Positions 14,491-28,084 are shown, numbered from the stretch's first letter. The stretch is 64,000 bases of DNA from Eledone cirrhosa (GCA_964016885.1 OZ024757.1:21638001-21702000); one strand, 5' to 3'. Made by a program: numbers and translations. Notes: generated from the sequence alone by a model not told the origin.

Positions 14491-14887
14491 TAAATGTAGC
14501 AATCTACGTAATAAAAGACCAATGAATTTCAAGAAGCCGGTACAAGGTGGTAGAAATATATAAAGGACAAAGTATGACAAATAAAACAAAACAAAGTAAT
14601 GTTTTACACAATATATTTCAACACGATATTTCAGGGACAATACCCTCTTTTCAAATGTGAAACATAAAGAGTTCAAAACAAAATGAATGATTGATGTTTT
14701 CTTCATAAAGCTTACATCATTCTCAAGATTTCCAAATCTCATTTAATGATTAAAAACAAGCAGGAATCACATTCTAAATATCCAATAACACAACAAAATT
14801 TATTGTGGAATGTCAGAACTAACTGACATGATAAAATGTAATTTTTTTTTTCTTTTTCAGAGATGTTGTTGAATCTTTAGAAATAGT

Positions 14888-15100
14888 GGTTTATGATTTA
14901 GGCACAAGGCCAAACATTTTTGGAAGGGGAAAGTCGATTAAATTGACCCCTGTACATTACTGGTACTTCATTTTATTGACCCCCGTAAGGATGAAAGACA
15001 AAGTTAACCTTGGCAGGATTTAAACTCAGATTGTGAAGGGGCCTAACTCCATAAAGGATGTTGTCCGACCCTCTAACGAACATTGTTAATCCACCGCCCT
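14888..15100 (-). mobile_element. MetaSINE-like SINE
   Basis: Family homology; diverged TSD ttgaat(c/a)tttagaaata. Confidence 0.7.
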
Positions 15101-15234
15101 TGAATATTTAGAAATAATAATATAAATACTGACAAACATCAGTATATAAATAACTCACACACTGAGACACACACATACTGATACCCACACTGAGGCACAC
15201 ATGCACACACACACTTATGCACACAACCATATAT

Positions 15235-15577
15235 ATCATCATCATCATCATCATTTTACGTCCGCTTTTCCCTGCTTGCAAGGGTGGGACGGGAACTGAT
15301 TCTGGCTTGATTTCTACAGCTGGATGCCCTTCCTAACACCAACCTCATTTACAGTGAGTGCTGGGTGCTTTTTTGCCATGGCACCTCCACGACCACTTTG
15401 CAGTGAAATGATAGGGACCCCAGTCCCTATCATCTCATTTCTACAGCTGAGTAAACTGGAGCAATGTGAAATAAAGTGTCTTGCTCAAGGAAACAACACA
15501 TCACCCGGTCTGAGAATTGAACTCACAACCCTTTCGATTGCAAGGCCTATGCTCTAACCACTAAGCTATGTGCCTCC
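15235..15577 (-). mobile_element. tRNA-derived SINE with RTE-type tail, full length
   Basis: Reverse-complement homolog of 1969-2310. Confidence 0.85.
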
Positions 15578-15579
15578 AT

Positions 15580-15610
<31 letters not shown>

Positions 15611-15663
15611 ATATATATATATGTGTGTATGTGTGTATATATATATATGTGTGTGTGTGTGTG

Positions 15664-15716
<53 letters not shown>

Positions 15717-16112
15717 GTGTGTGTGTGTGTGTGAAACTAGAACTATAGTAGAGACAAAGAGGTCTTACTTGCTAAAATCATTGCCAAAATATTTTTCAGA
15801 TCAACAAAAGTATTGAACAGGTTATCTATTGATTTATTTGCTGTTAAATGAGAACAGACCCTGTTCTAATATAATGCAGAGCACGTACACATACTATTCC
15901 AGGCTTTTACTGCAATATATACATATATATATGTTGCACATGTTAAAAACCAAAGTACCTGAGATGAATGAACAAAAATACACACACGCACACATATATA
16001 TATATATGCATATATTTTCATGTATACATACACACACACATATAAACCTGCATACAAACATACATACATATGTATATATTTTCATGCATGCATACACACA
16101 CACACACATACC

Positions 16113-16143
<31 letters not shown>

Positions 16144-16245
16144 AAATAAGACTCCAGTTGCATTTTCGATTTCATCTTTTTTTCTTTATACTTTCACTCG
16201 TATAGGGCAACTCGCTTATTTTTCATTTTGTAAAAAAAACCTCAC

Positions 16246-16285
<40 letters not shown>

Positions 16286-16293
16286 GTGAGTTT

Positions 16294-16380
<87 letters not shown>

Positions 16381-16383
<3 letters not shown>

Positions 16384-16752
16384 GCACATGGCTTAGTAGT
16401 TACAGCATTGGGCTTGCAATCGAAAGGTTGTGAGCTCAATTCTCGGACTGGGTGATGTGTTGTTTCCTTGAGCAAGACACTTTATTTCACATTGCTCCAG
16501 TTTACTCAGCTGTAGAAATGAGATGATAGTGTCCCCATTCCACTACAAAGTGGTCGTGGAGGTGCCACGGCAAAAAAAAGCACCCAGCCCACACTGTAAA
16601 GTGGATGCGTAGGTGCCACGGATAAAAAGCACCCCACACTCACTGTAAATGAGGTTGGTGTTAGGAAGGGCATCCGGCTGTAGAAATCAAGCCAGAATCA
16701 GTTCCCGTCCCACCCTAGCAAGCAGGGAAAAGCGGACGTAAAAATGATGATG
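16381..16752 (+). mobile_element. tRNA-derived SINE with RTE-type tail
   Basis: A/B boxes, body and tail as at 1969-2310; internal duplication. Confidence 0.85.
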
Positions 16753-17098
16753 AGATATATATATATATTTATATATATATATATACGAGGTGGCATAAAA
16801 AAGTTCCCAGACTAGTTATGTTTAACCCTTTAGCGTTTAAACCGGTCATGTCTGGCCAGAATTCTCACACCTCTTTCTGTTCAAACCAGCTGTAACCAGC
16901 CACTCATATCGAGGTTAAGGTATTGTTCTCAAAGTAAGTAATATCAAAATCATAGATTTTGATGTTATGTGAGATAATTATGTGAGGTAAAGCATTTACT
17001 GTGAAAATACAATAGTGTAATAGTGTAATGTGACCATCCAGAAATGACCATCCAGTTACTAAACTAACTAGTGAGTGGTTTAGTTACATGACTAATAA

Positions 17099-17287
17099 TT
17101 GTTTCTACTTTTGGCACAAGACCAGCAATTACCCAGTGCATTACTGGTACTTTATTTAATCGACTCCGTAAGGATGAAAGGCAAAGTTAACCTCGGCGGG
17201 ATTTGAACTCAGAATGGCAAGGGCCGTAACTCTATGCATCAAAGCATGGCGTCCGGCCCTCTACCGATACTGCCAATCCACCGCCCT
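17099..17287 (-). mobile_element. MetaSINE-like SINE with TSD
   Basis: Family homology; TSD ttacatgactaataat. Confidence 0.8.
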
Positions 17288-17468
17288 TACATGACTAATA
17301 ATAAAACCAAAATGAACATCAATTGGTACATGTATTTTTATTGGCAGCATGACTCTACCAAAATATAAGAATGTCTGTTTCAAATCTTGCAAAACGAATA
17401 CAAAAATGATGTCTATATTATATATAGTCCAACCCATGCAAGCATAGAAAAGCATACATAAAAACTAC

Positions 17469-17512
<44 letters not shown>

Positions 17513-17577
17513 GTATGTATATATATATATATAGACACACACAGACATATATATATATATGCATACATATATGTATA

Positions 17578-17621
<44 letters not shown>

Positions 17622-18444
17622 CACACACAGACATATATATATTTAATAAAGTAGCTTTTAATGTCAGCACAAGAGCACGAAGTAACAATTATCCCTGAAA
17701 GCTTTAGTTATGGCTATTGTATTGCAACAAATGGAAATGTTAAATTAACAACAAGAAAATGAAGCAACAAAAAGAGGAGGAATACTGCAGAAATATCAAT
17801 TCCCTTGAAACAACTTTTTCGCTATGGCTTATATGACTGATTGTTCTTTAATGTTCTGAGGTGAATATTGTTTTGTGTTGTGTGATTATGTAATATCATT
17901 CTAACTGCTGGCAATATACACAGTTGATGCTGTTGAGAAATGATGGTTTAATAAACTAGAATCATGTTTAATCTAACACAAAACATGTTTATTGTTATAG
18001 ACTCAGGTTAGAGTGTCACAGAGAATAGTTGGCAGCAGTTTTCTTATGTGGGTTAGTGAAAAAAAAACAACATAACCCTCTTATTACCATTTCCAGCGAA
18101 AAAAGCAAGAATTTGAAGGGAATTAGTAGTATATGAGGTTTGATTGAAAATTTTGTATGCTGACTATGAAGGAGTGATGTTAGAGCTGTGAAATCTTGCA
18201 TGCATTAATTTCAACTCTTCTTATTAATAATTGCATCGATTCTTTCCAGAGACTATGACGAAAAATAAACCTCATTTGGTCATTACATGAGAGTATCTTC
18301 TTGGTCAGCCTTTGAACTTTTCAGCTGACCCTCGTGTATACATACTTACTCTACCTTATTGAGTGCTTTGCTACTCATTCCTATTTGTAGGTCAACTTTG
18401 CTTGCCTACAGCCAAAGTTTCGATTTTACTAAGCTTCCACTTGT

Positions 18445-18606
18445 GTCGGACGCCATACTTTCCAGCATAGTTACGTCCCTTTACGATCTGAGTTCAAATC
18501 CCGCCGAGGTTGACTTTGCCTTTCATCCTTTCGGGGTCGATAAAATAAAGTACCAGTAATGCACTGGGTAATTGCTGGCCTTGTGCCTAAAGTAGAAACA
18601 ATTATT
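18445..18606 (+). mobile_element. MetaSINE-like SINE, 5' truncated
   Basis: gagttcaaatcccgccgagg...gcctttcatcct...aataaagtaccag. Confidence 0.8.
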
Positions 18607-19581
18607 TTCTCCTAGATTTAACAATTAACTAATTAATTTAATTAGACAATTCTGTTGATTGGTTAATTATTTGTTTGTTTAATAACATGTGGTTGAGAGC
18701 TTATATTCAGAATTTTGAGCGGAAATTATAATATTTCCTTTGTTAACACTTTGAATTTACCCGCCAAAAACCGGGGGTTGCTTCCCTTGTTGGAAATAAC
18801 ACGTGACAACTAAGTGTTCGCTGGCTGCATTCTTAACGGCCGCATTTTGTTTGTTCACTCCGCTTTGAGGCAGAACGGAATCCCTGTTGATGAAATGATC
18901 CTCTGTTTGATCATGGACCACCACGAGCGTGTGTGTTACGTAAGTTGGATAACTGATTTCGGATTCATAGAAACACTTTAGACATATATCGTTTGGTTTG
19001 TCCAGGTGTATCTTTTTACCTGTTAGTTCTTTCGTTACTTTGGTATTGTGTGGTTGGGTTTGGCCTACCACAATGTTCAATTTGTCAAGCTATTTAAACG
19101 TAATGTTATTACTCTAAGGACCTACCCTTATTGAGTGCTTTGCTAACTCATTCCTATTGTACTTTGCTTGGCCACAGCCAAAGCTATGATTTTACTAAGC
19201 TTCCACTTGTATATGTATGTATATATATATATATAAGAGTATGTATATACATAGATGTGTGTGTATATATATATATATATGAGTATGTATATACATAGAT
19301 GTATGTGTATATCTGTGCGCTTATGTTAGTAGATATATTAAATTATCTATATATATATATATATATATATTTATATAATTTATGTTTACCAATGCGTAGA
19401 ACGGGTGGTTCTGGTTGGTAAACGATAATGTAACAAATTAATTAAAGCACTCAACGTTATGTAAATCCTCCATCATAGATGTGGTATCCAGTGGTTGGAG
19501 AAGGCACAGAGTAAAAAAGTATTAAAACAACAATAGAAGGCCGGACTGGAAAATTTACTTTAGAATTTTTATTCTGTGAAA

Positions 19582-19658
19582 TCACAATATAATATATTTC
19601 AATGGCCCAGCTCTATCATCTGATAATGATGCAAGACAAGGCGATCTCATCAGGTGTC
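19582..19658 (-). ncRNA. Degenerate type I hammerhead ribozyme
   Basis: Minus strand gacac CTGATGA gatcgcct...gggccatt GAAA tatattata tt gtg; helix II pairs with C-C at position 4; helices I and III decayed. Confidence 0.5.
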
Positions 19659-20364
19659 AATGCAGAATTATATAACAGGATTACATTGAATTCAAACATA
19701 GAATGGAAGATAGGGTGTAGAGAAAAAAATAGAAGATAGAAAATAGAAAATTTGATTCAGGGACAGCCTGAAAATATGGTGTTATGTCGATAGCAGATGG
19801 CCCTTGAATCAAATTTTCTATCTCTATCTCTCTCGCTATTAAACTTGTGCTTAGGATGGTGGATTGGGAGTATCAGAGAGTACAGTTACGGCAGCCGTAG
19901 GTTAGCTTTGCCTGTCATCCTTACAGGGTTGATAAAATGAAGTACCAGTAATGCACTGGAGGTGATTTAATTGACTTTCCCCCCTCCCTAAAATTGTTGG
20001 CCTTGTCCCTAAATCAGAACCCTTTATTAAATACGTGTTCATGGCAGTTGGTTGGTAGCATCGATAGAACTTTGGATGAAATAGTTTGCGGTATTTAATT
20101 ATGACTTTCTTGGTAGAGCATCAAATAAAATGTCATGGCGTCATTTGTTCTGGCCCTGCAAACATTTGGGGTTGAAATTCTGCTGAGGTCAACTTTATCT
20201 TTCATGTTTCTGGGTCAATAAAGTAGCAGTTCAGTACTGGAATCAAGTTGTTAGTCTTGTCACTAATTTAGAAACCTTTATATTGATATACTGATCATAC
20301 ATTGAGATGATCAATCAGCAAATGGGCGTCACATGTGAATAGATATATATATATACATATATAT

Positions 20365-20407
<43 letters not shown>

Positions 20408-20430
20408 TATATAGATATACATATATACAT

Positions 20431-20465
<35 letters not shown>

Positions 20466-20480
20466 CATATATATTTAGAT

Positions 20481-20511
<31 letters not shown>

Positions 20512-20627
20512 TACTCCCCGTCCAAACCCATGCAAGCGTGGAACATGGATGTTAAACGATGATGATGATATATATATATACATATATATATACATATATA
20601 CATATATATATAGATATACATATATAC

Positions 20628-20664
<37 letters not shown>

Positions 20665-20683
20665 GAGAGATAAACATATATAC

Positions 20684-20720
<37 letters not shown>

Positions 20721-21020
20721 CATATATATACATATATATATATATACATATATATACATATGTATACATATATATACAGATATACATATATATATATACA
20801 TATATATATACATATACATATATATATATATACATATTCATATACATATTCATATACATACACATATATATATATATACATATTCAAATAAGTATATTAC
20901 AGAGCTGAAATACTTTATATATATATATATATAAGACCAAAAGACGGTTAAAAGAGTTCCAAGAATTTTATTATGCGCATTTCAAAAACAAATATCATCA
21001 TGTATCATATCATGTATCCC

Positions 21021-21091
21021 TATTTTATCTGATGGAAACGCAGATATCATCCCATGATGATATTTGTTTTTGAAATGCACATAATAAAATA
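21021..21091 (+). ncRNA. Hammerhead ribozyme, same family as 3350 (core variant CTGATGG)
   Basis: tattttat ctgatgg aaacgcagatatcatc-ccat-gatgatatttgttttt GAAA tgcaca TA ataaaata; inverted half copy at 20933-21002. Confidence 0.65.
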
Positions 21092-21315
21092 CTTGGAACT
21101 CTTTTAACCATCTTTTGATCTTATATTATTTATACTCCAGTCCTACAAACTGTAGAGTGCTACTTATCCGATATTTGCTTTGCTTTATTGTGCTACAATA
21201 AAACTCACCTCCTACACACACATATATATATATATAGTATTTCAGCTCTTAATATACTTGTTATTTTACATTGAGCTATTCTCATACTTGTAATTGGTTA
21301 ATATTTAATATTACC

Positions 21316-21348
<33 letters not shown>

Positions 21349-21349
<1 letters not shown>

Positions 21350-21886
21350 TCACGGAATAGGCAGACCTAGAAAAACCTGGGACGAGCTGATAAACTCCGA
21401 CATCACACACTTACACCTCTCCAAGACAATGTCACTGGACCGAGACCTTTGGCGGTACTCAGTAACAGAGAAGACCCGCCTTACCTAAATATATAGTAAA
21501 ACCTACTCCAGCCAGTAGGCATCTCTAACAAAATACACTCCGTCCCACCACCCCCACCCCCACCCCATCCACACCACCCCGTTCTATGTAAAGTTATGTT
21601 GGTGCCGCGCCATCCAGGCCGAAACAAATGAGATCGTGTAGGTGTCACGACAAAAAAACACACAGTCCACGCTGTAATGTGGCCGTGTAGGCAACACGGT
21701 AAAAACCTCCCAGACCCACACTGTAAATGTGGTTGGTGTTAGGAAGGGCATCCAACTGTAGAAAACCTGCCAGACAGTCCTATGCGAGCAAGACAATCAC
21801 TCTTGCCTCAAGTGGGACTACCCCCGTCCAAACCCATGCAAGCGTGGAACACGGACGTTAAACGTTGATGATGATGATGATGATGA
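21349..21886 (+). mobile_element. RTE-clade LINE 3' end (family 2)
   Basis: GRPRKTWDELI...MSLDRDLWR C-terminus, 3' UTR and (gat)n tail. Confidence 0.75.
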
Positions 21887-22068
21887 TATAAGAGCAAAAA
21901 TCACGAGCACTCTATCTCAAAATTATTTTTGAAAAGCATAAGAAATGCGCAACCGGTAAAAACTTAATCTAAAACTGAATACTAACTAGTACTTATTACT
22001 AATTAAACTATTTATCACTGGGAAAAAAGTGTCAGCATTTTCTTTTCCTTTTTACTAATATATATATA

Positions 22069-22262
<194 letters not shown>

Positions 22263-22298
22263 CGTGCATGTATATATATATATGTGTGTGTTTTGTGT

Positions 22299-22897
22299 GT
22301 TGATGTGTAATGTTTAGTTACTGCTGATTCACCAGCTGGAGCACTCAATGCTAATATGTAGGTCCAGCTACCGATGTGGGATTCCACATTTGGTACTTCA
22401 CCATTATCGGTATCCTTAAGAAGTGGAGTGCTAATAATAATAACAATAATGATTGGCACAATACTTTTGGCACAAGGCCAGCAATTACCCAGTGCATTAC
22501 TGGTACTTTATTTTATCGACCCCGTAAGGATGAAAGGCAAAGTTAACCTCGACGGGATTTGAACTCAGGCCGTAAAGGGACGTAACTCTATGCTTCAAAG
22601 CATGGCGTCGTCCCGACCCTCTACCGATACTGTTAATCCACCGCCTAATAATAATAATAATAATAATTGTTTCTACTTTTGACACAAGGCCAGCAGTAAT
22701 AATGATAATAATAATAATGGATTCTGATTTAGGCACAAGGCCAGCAATTTAGGAGGGGGGGGGGGGGGCGTCTGCTTCTTAAGGATACCGATACTGGTGA
22801 AATACCAAATGTGGAATCCCACATCAGTAGCTGGACATACATATTAGCATTGTACAAACTAGTGAGCCATCGGTAACTAAACATTACACATCAATAC
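22299..22897. mobile_element. Element with ~130-bp inverted repeats enclosing SINE copies (MITE or fold-back)
   Basis: 22299-22425 is reverse-complementary to 22775-22897; MetaSINE-like copy at 22462-22645 inside. Confidence 0.65.
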
Positions 22898-22914
22898 ACA
22901 CACACACATGCACA

Positions 22915-22920
22915 CATGTA

Positions 22921-22978
<58 letters not shown>

Positions 22979-23121
22979 TATATGTATATATATATATACA
23001 TATATATATGTATATATATATACATATATATATGTATATATATATATACATATATATATATGTATATATATATACATATATATATATGTATATATATATA
23101 CATATATATATGTATATATAC

Positions 23122-23161
<40 letters not shown>

Positions 23162-23215
23162 GTATATATATATACATATATATATGTATATATGTATATA
23201 TATATACATATATAC

Positions 23216-23251
<36 letters not shown>

Positions 23252-23684
23252 ACATATACATACATATATATACATATATACATATACATATATATATATA
23301 CATACATATATATACATATATACATATACATATATATATATATACATACATATATATACATATACATACATATATATATATATACATACATATATATACA
23401 TATACATACATATACATATATATATATATACATACATATATATACATATACATACATACATATATATATATACATATATACAAACATATATATATATATA
23501 TATACATATATAGATATACATACATACATATACATATATACATATATACATACATACATACATATATATATATATACATACCTATATATACATATATACA
23601 TACCTATATATACATATACAAACATATATATATATACACACACACACATATATATATACACACACATATATACGTATGTGTGTG

Positions 23685-23741
<57 letters not shown>

Positions 23742-23745
23742 ATGT
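22915..23745. repeat. (TA/TACA)n field
   Basis: Direct inspection. Confidence 0.95.
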
Positions 23746-24254
23746 ACTACACACATGCTATTGTATGGAACCATCTGAGCATTTTATGTGACACAGTGTA
23801 CATATGTTCTGTTCAGGCAACATGTAAATAATTCCTTTTTGTGAAATATTTGTCAAACTTATAGAAATATAGCTTGGAGAAAATGTGTTACATATCTGCA
23901 GGAGCTAATACTAAATGAGGCATATCTCCTGGAATATTTCAATCTCTAGTTAATAACATGGTCCATTATTCTATACTGGGTCTCCCGCCTGTCAAACAGG
24001 AAATATCTTTAAATAATTAATTGAATTACAGATTAGCAGACTGTTTTAATTTTTCATTTTTGCTTCCTCGTCATTTGGGAAACTCTCAACATCCTGTAAT
24101 GATTTGGCAGAAAATATCTATAAACAGGTTTGTGATTTCAAATGTTTGTAGTAACTTTATTAGGGGACAGATTATCATCAAAATTTGCAGAATTAACTCT
24201 CATCATCTTGTAATGATTTAGCAGAAATATCTTTAAACAGGTCTGTAGTGGTAA

Positions 24255-25171
24255 GAAATTCTGAGGAGAGCTAGACAACAGAAGGTTTTCAAAGAAGAAA
24301 TTCTAATGAGTGTTGGGCAGCAGAAGGTTTTCAAAGAAGAAGTTCTGAGGAGAGCTGGACAGTAGAAGGTTTTCAAAGAAGTTCTGAGGAGTGCTGGACA
24401 GTAGAAGGCTTTCAAAGAAGAAATTCTGAGGTGTGTTGGACAGCAGAAGGTTTTCAAAGAAGAAGTTCTGAGGAGAGCTGGACAGTAGAAGGTTTTCAAA
24501 GAAGTTCTGAGGAGTGCTGGACAGTAGAAGGCTTTCAAACAAGAAATTATGAGGAGTGCTGGACAGCAGAAGGTTTTCAAAGAAGAAATTCTGAGGGGTG
24601 CTGGACAACAGAAGGTTTTCAAAGAAGAAATTCTGAAGAGAGTTGGACAGCAGAAGGTTTTCAAAGAAGAAATTCTGAGGAGTGCTGGACAGCAGAAGGT
24701 TTTCAAAGAAGTTCTGAGGAGTGCTGGACAGTAGAAGGTTTTCAAACAAAAAATTCTGAGGAGTGCTGGACAGCAGAAGGTTTTCAAAGAAGAAATTCTG
24801 AGGAGTGCTGGACAGCAGAAGGTTTTCAAAGAAGAAATTCTGAGGAGTGCTGGAGAGCAGAAGGTTTTCAAAGAAGAAATTCTGAGGAGTGCTGGACAGC
24901 AGAAGGTTTTCAAAGAAGTTCTGAGGATTGTTGGACAGCAGAAGGTTTTCAAAGAAGAAATTCTGAAGAGAGCTGGACAGCAGAATGTTTTCAAAGAAGT
25001 TCTGAGGATTGCTGGACAGCAGAAGGTTTTCAAAAAAGAAATTCTGAAGAGAGCTGGACAGCAGAAGGTTTTCAAAGAAGAAATTCTGAGGAATGCTGGA
25101 CAGCAGAAGGTTTTCAAAGAAGAAATTCTGAAGAGAGCTGGAGAGCAGAAGGTTTTCAAAGAAGAAATTCT
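24255..25171. repeat. 42/39-bp minisatellite, about 22 copies
   Basis: Unit ttctgaggagtgctggacagcagaaggttttcaaagaagaaa. Confidence 0.95.
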
Positions 25172-25507
25172 CAACAATCGTTGATGCATTTCGAACAGGA
25201 CAATCCCTCCCGTTCTTGCAACTGCTGGACTTTGAAAACAGTCGAGAATATATAGTTTTCTCGTCTGTGTAAATGAGGCGATTAATCTCATTTGCATATG
25301 AAGTTGTATAAGTTGGTTCAAATTATAATAGAATAGAATTAGAATTTAGCTTCGAGTATAGCTGTATATAGATATGTATTAAAATTTCATATTTCTAAAG
25401 AAACACGGTATGTTGATAAATAAATAAACATTTGGAAAACTGTAGCTATGCAAAAACATTGGCAGTTATCGCCACCTGGGGGGTGTCCAGCAGAAGCAAG
25501 GGGGACA

Positions 25508-25551
25508 ATCAGCGATGCATTTCAAACTAAACTCGTTCTCATCAGGGCGAT
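25508..25551 (-). ncRNA. Very small (44-nt) type I hammerhead ribozyme
   Basis: Minus strand atcgcc CTGATGA gaac-gagttta-gttt GAAA tgca TC gctgat; palindromic helix III. Confidence 0.7.
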
Positions 25552-25735
25552 ACCTCCCACTCTTGCAACTGCTGGACTTTGAAAACAGGTGAGAATATGT
25601 AGTTTTCTCGTCTGTGCAAATGAGGTGATTCCAATACATATTTATATACAGCTATGCTCGAAGCTAAATTCTAATTCTATAGTAAATGGCATAATTTTAG
25701 GGGAGAGGAGGCAAGTTAATGTGTATCCGATAGAT

Positions 25736-26218
25736 ACAGTGAAATTCCGTTATAACAAAATTCACATCATCATCATCATCATTTTACGTTCGCTTTTCCC
25801 TGCTTGCAAGGGTGGGACGGGAACTGATTCTGGCTTGATTTCTACAGCAGGATACCTTTCCTAACACCAACCTCATTTACAGTGAGTGCTGGGTGCTTTT
25901 TTGCCATGGCACCTCCACGACCACTTTGCAGTGGAATGATAGGGACCCCAGTCCCTATCATCTCATTTCTACAGCTGACTAAAGTGGAACAATGTGAAAT
26001 AAAGTGTCTTGCTCAATGAAACAACACATCACCCGGTCTGAGAATTGAACTCACAACCGTTCGATTGCAGGGCCAATGTTCTAACCACTAACCCATGGTA
26101 TAAAAAATAATTTGTTGTAATAAAAAATTCTTTATAATGAGATTGACCTAACACATCAAGTGTGTGGCTGGGGATTGAAAACATGTAAAGGTGGTATTTG
26201 TTATAACGGAATTTTACC

Positions 26219-26221
<3 letters not shown>
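25736..26221. mobile_element. Tc1/pogo-type MITE interrupted by a SINE (25767-26097, minus)
   Basis: TIRs tacagtgaaattccgttataacaaa / tttgttataacggaattttacctgt; SINE homology. Confidence 0.65.
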
Positions 26222-26259
<38 letters not shown>

Positions 26260-26471
26260 TTCTGTGTGTGTATATATATATATATATTTCTGTTGGATTT
26301 GTGGAGAGCTATGCATAACATAAGAATGTAAATAACAACAACTGGTTGTTGTTGTTGTTGTTGATGTTGATGTTGATGTTGTTGTTGTTTACCTTCGAAT
26401 CAACTGTGCTTAGCCTCAGCTCAGTCCTGATCCAGCCATGACCATCCACTCTCATATATATATATATATAT

Positions 26472-26650
26472 ATAACGAAGGAAATATGGTAAGGAGCCAG
26501 GTGGACCATAACGCACCAAAGTACTCAATACTTAGAATAGTAGAGTGGGTAATAGGAACGAGTAGGACCCCGACGGCTGAGCTCAAGCCGTTTCGACGGC
26601 TAATTCTGGACGGCTTGAGCTCAGCCGTCGGGGTCCTACTCGTTCCTATA
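26472..26650 (-). mobile_element. (TA)n-inserted element carrying 3' half of a hammerhead, with fold-back arm
   Basis: Minus strand gccgtc GAAA cggct-tgagctc-agccg TC gggg; inverted arm ends at ttccta(ta)n. Confidence 0.7.
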
Positions 26651-26763
26651 TATATATATATATATAAATGAAGTATTTCCGTCGGAAAAGTACAGGAAAA
26701 AAGAGTGCTCTATGTAGGCTACAGAGCTTATTAGTTATGTAATAAACAACATAAGATAATTAT

Positions 26764-26824
26764 TTCATTTATCTGTGGTTTCTTGAAGATAGATGTTGTA
26801 TCTATCTTTAGTTGTCAGAATGAA
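26764..26824 (-). ncRNA. Degenerate hammerhead ribozyme (core CTGACAA)
   Basis: ttcatt CTGACAA cta-aagatagat-acaac-atctatctt-caa GAAA ccacaga TA aatgaa; 6-bp helix I, 9-bp helix II. Confidence 0.5.
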
Positions 26825-26870
26825 TAAAAAACATGGTGTTAAATAAATATATAAATATATATATATATAT

Positions 26871-27081
26871 ATAACGAAGGAATTGTGGTAAGGGACCAGA
26901 TGGACCATAACGCACCAGAGTACTCAATACTTAGGGTAGTAGAGTGGGTAGTAGGAAAAGGTATGACCCCGACGGCTAGAGCTCAAGCCGTTTCGACGGC
27001 TATTTCTGGACTAGAAATAGCAGTCCAGAAATAGCCGTCGAAACGGCTTGAGCTCTGCCGTCGAGTCATACTTTTTCCTAT
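26871..27081 (-). mobile_element. Second copy of half-hammerhead fold-back element
   Basis: Homologous to 26472-26650; helix II gctatttct-agtcc-agaaatagc visible at the fold-back point. Confidence 0.7.
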
Positions 27082-27993
27082 ATATATATATATATTTATT
27101 AAAATAACAGATTAAAGTTTAAGCAAAGAATCGCTGCTCTCACCCTTAACGGGATCTTCTGAAACTAACAAAAATATATATATATATATATGAATAAAGT
27201 GGTCCTTCGTCAGTGATCTTCCAACCATCACAGGTATTTCTTCGCTTTAAAGACCACCATATATATATATAAGACACGTCCCACCCTTGCAAGCAGGGAA
27301 AAGCGGACGTAAAATGATGATGATGATGATGATATATATATATAGTGAAGGCCTGTGGCTGAGTGGTTAGAGAATTGGGTTTGCAATCGTGAGGTTGTGA
27401 GTTTGATTCCGGACCGGGCGATGCGTTACGTCCTTGAGCAAGACACTTTATTTCACGTTGCTCCTTCTACCTGGAGTTGCGACCGATAGATAGTATTAGC
27501 AATTGGAAAGACCAACGGAAACATTGTTTCCTCGGTCCGATTTGACGAAAGTCAATCGTTTATATATCTATATTTATAACCAGCATTCCATTATTCCCAT
27601 CTTCTGTGGTTCTGTGATTCTGTAATTCTGTTTGACCAATGTTTTATTGTAACACCCCCTCCCCCCCTCTACCTACATCTGGTGATGATATAGTCTGGGA
27701 TGTATAAGGTGGGGAGGGGGGGGAGATCACTGACTGTGGAGGAGGGGGGTAATTGGGGAGGGGGAAAGAGTGGAGGACTGACAGTGGAGAGTGAGGAAGA
27801 TGGATAGGAGGGAGTGGGGCTGAAGGAAGAGTAGGGAACAGACAAATGAGGGGGTAATTGGGGAGGGGTAGAGTAGAGGACTGACAGAGGAGAGTGAGGA
27901 AGATGGATAGGAAGGAGAGGGGCTGAAGGAAGAGAAGGGAACAGACAAATGAGGGAGAGGGAGAGAGATAGAGGGAGAGATAGGTAGGTAGAG

Positions 27994-28026
<33 letters not shown>

Positions 28027-28084
28027 CACTATTGCTCTTTCTTTTTTTCAAAAGACATAACCTCACACACACCAAATAAGTATT

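Noticed and set aside
24255-25171. Satellite unit contains CTGAGGA-hairpin-GAAG, resembling a hammerhead core
   Set aside because: No 10.1-11.1 pair, GAAG instead of GAAA, and helices I and III cannot both form
24233-25321. 362-aa and 274-aa repeat ORFs
   Set aside because: Product of a 42/39-bp minisatellite; overlapping frames on both strands, no domain or splice context
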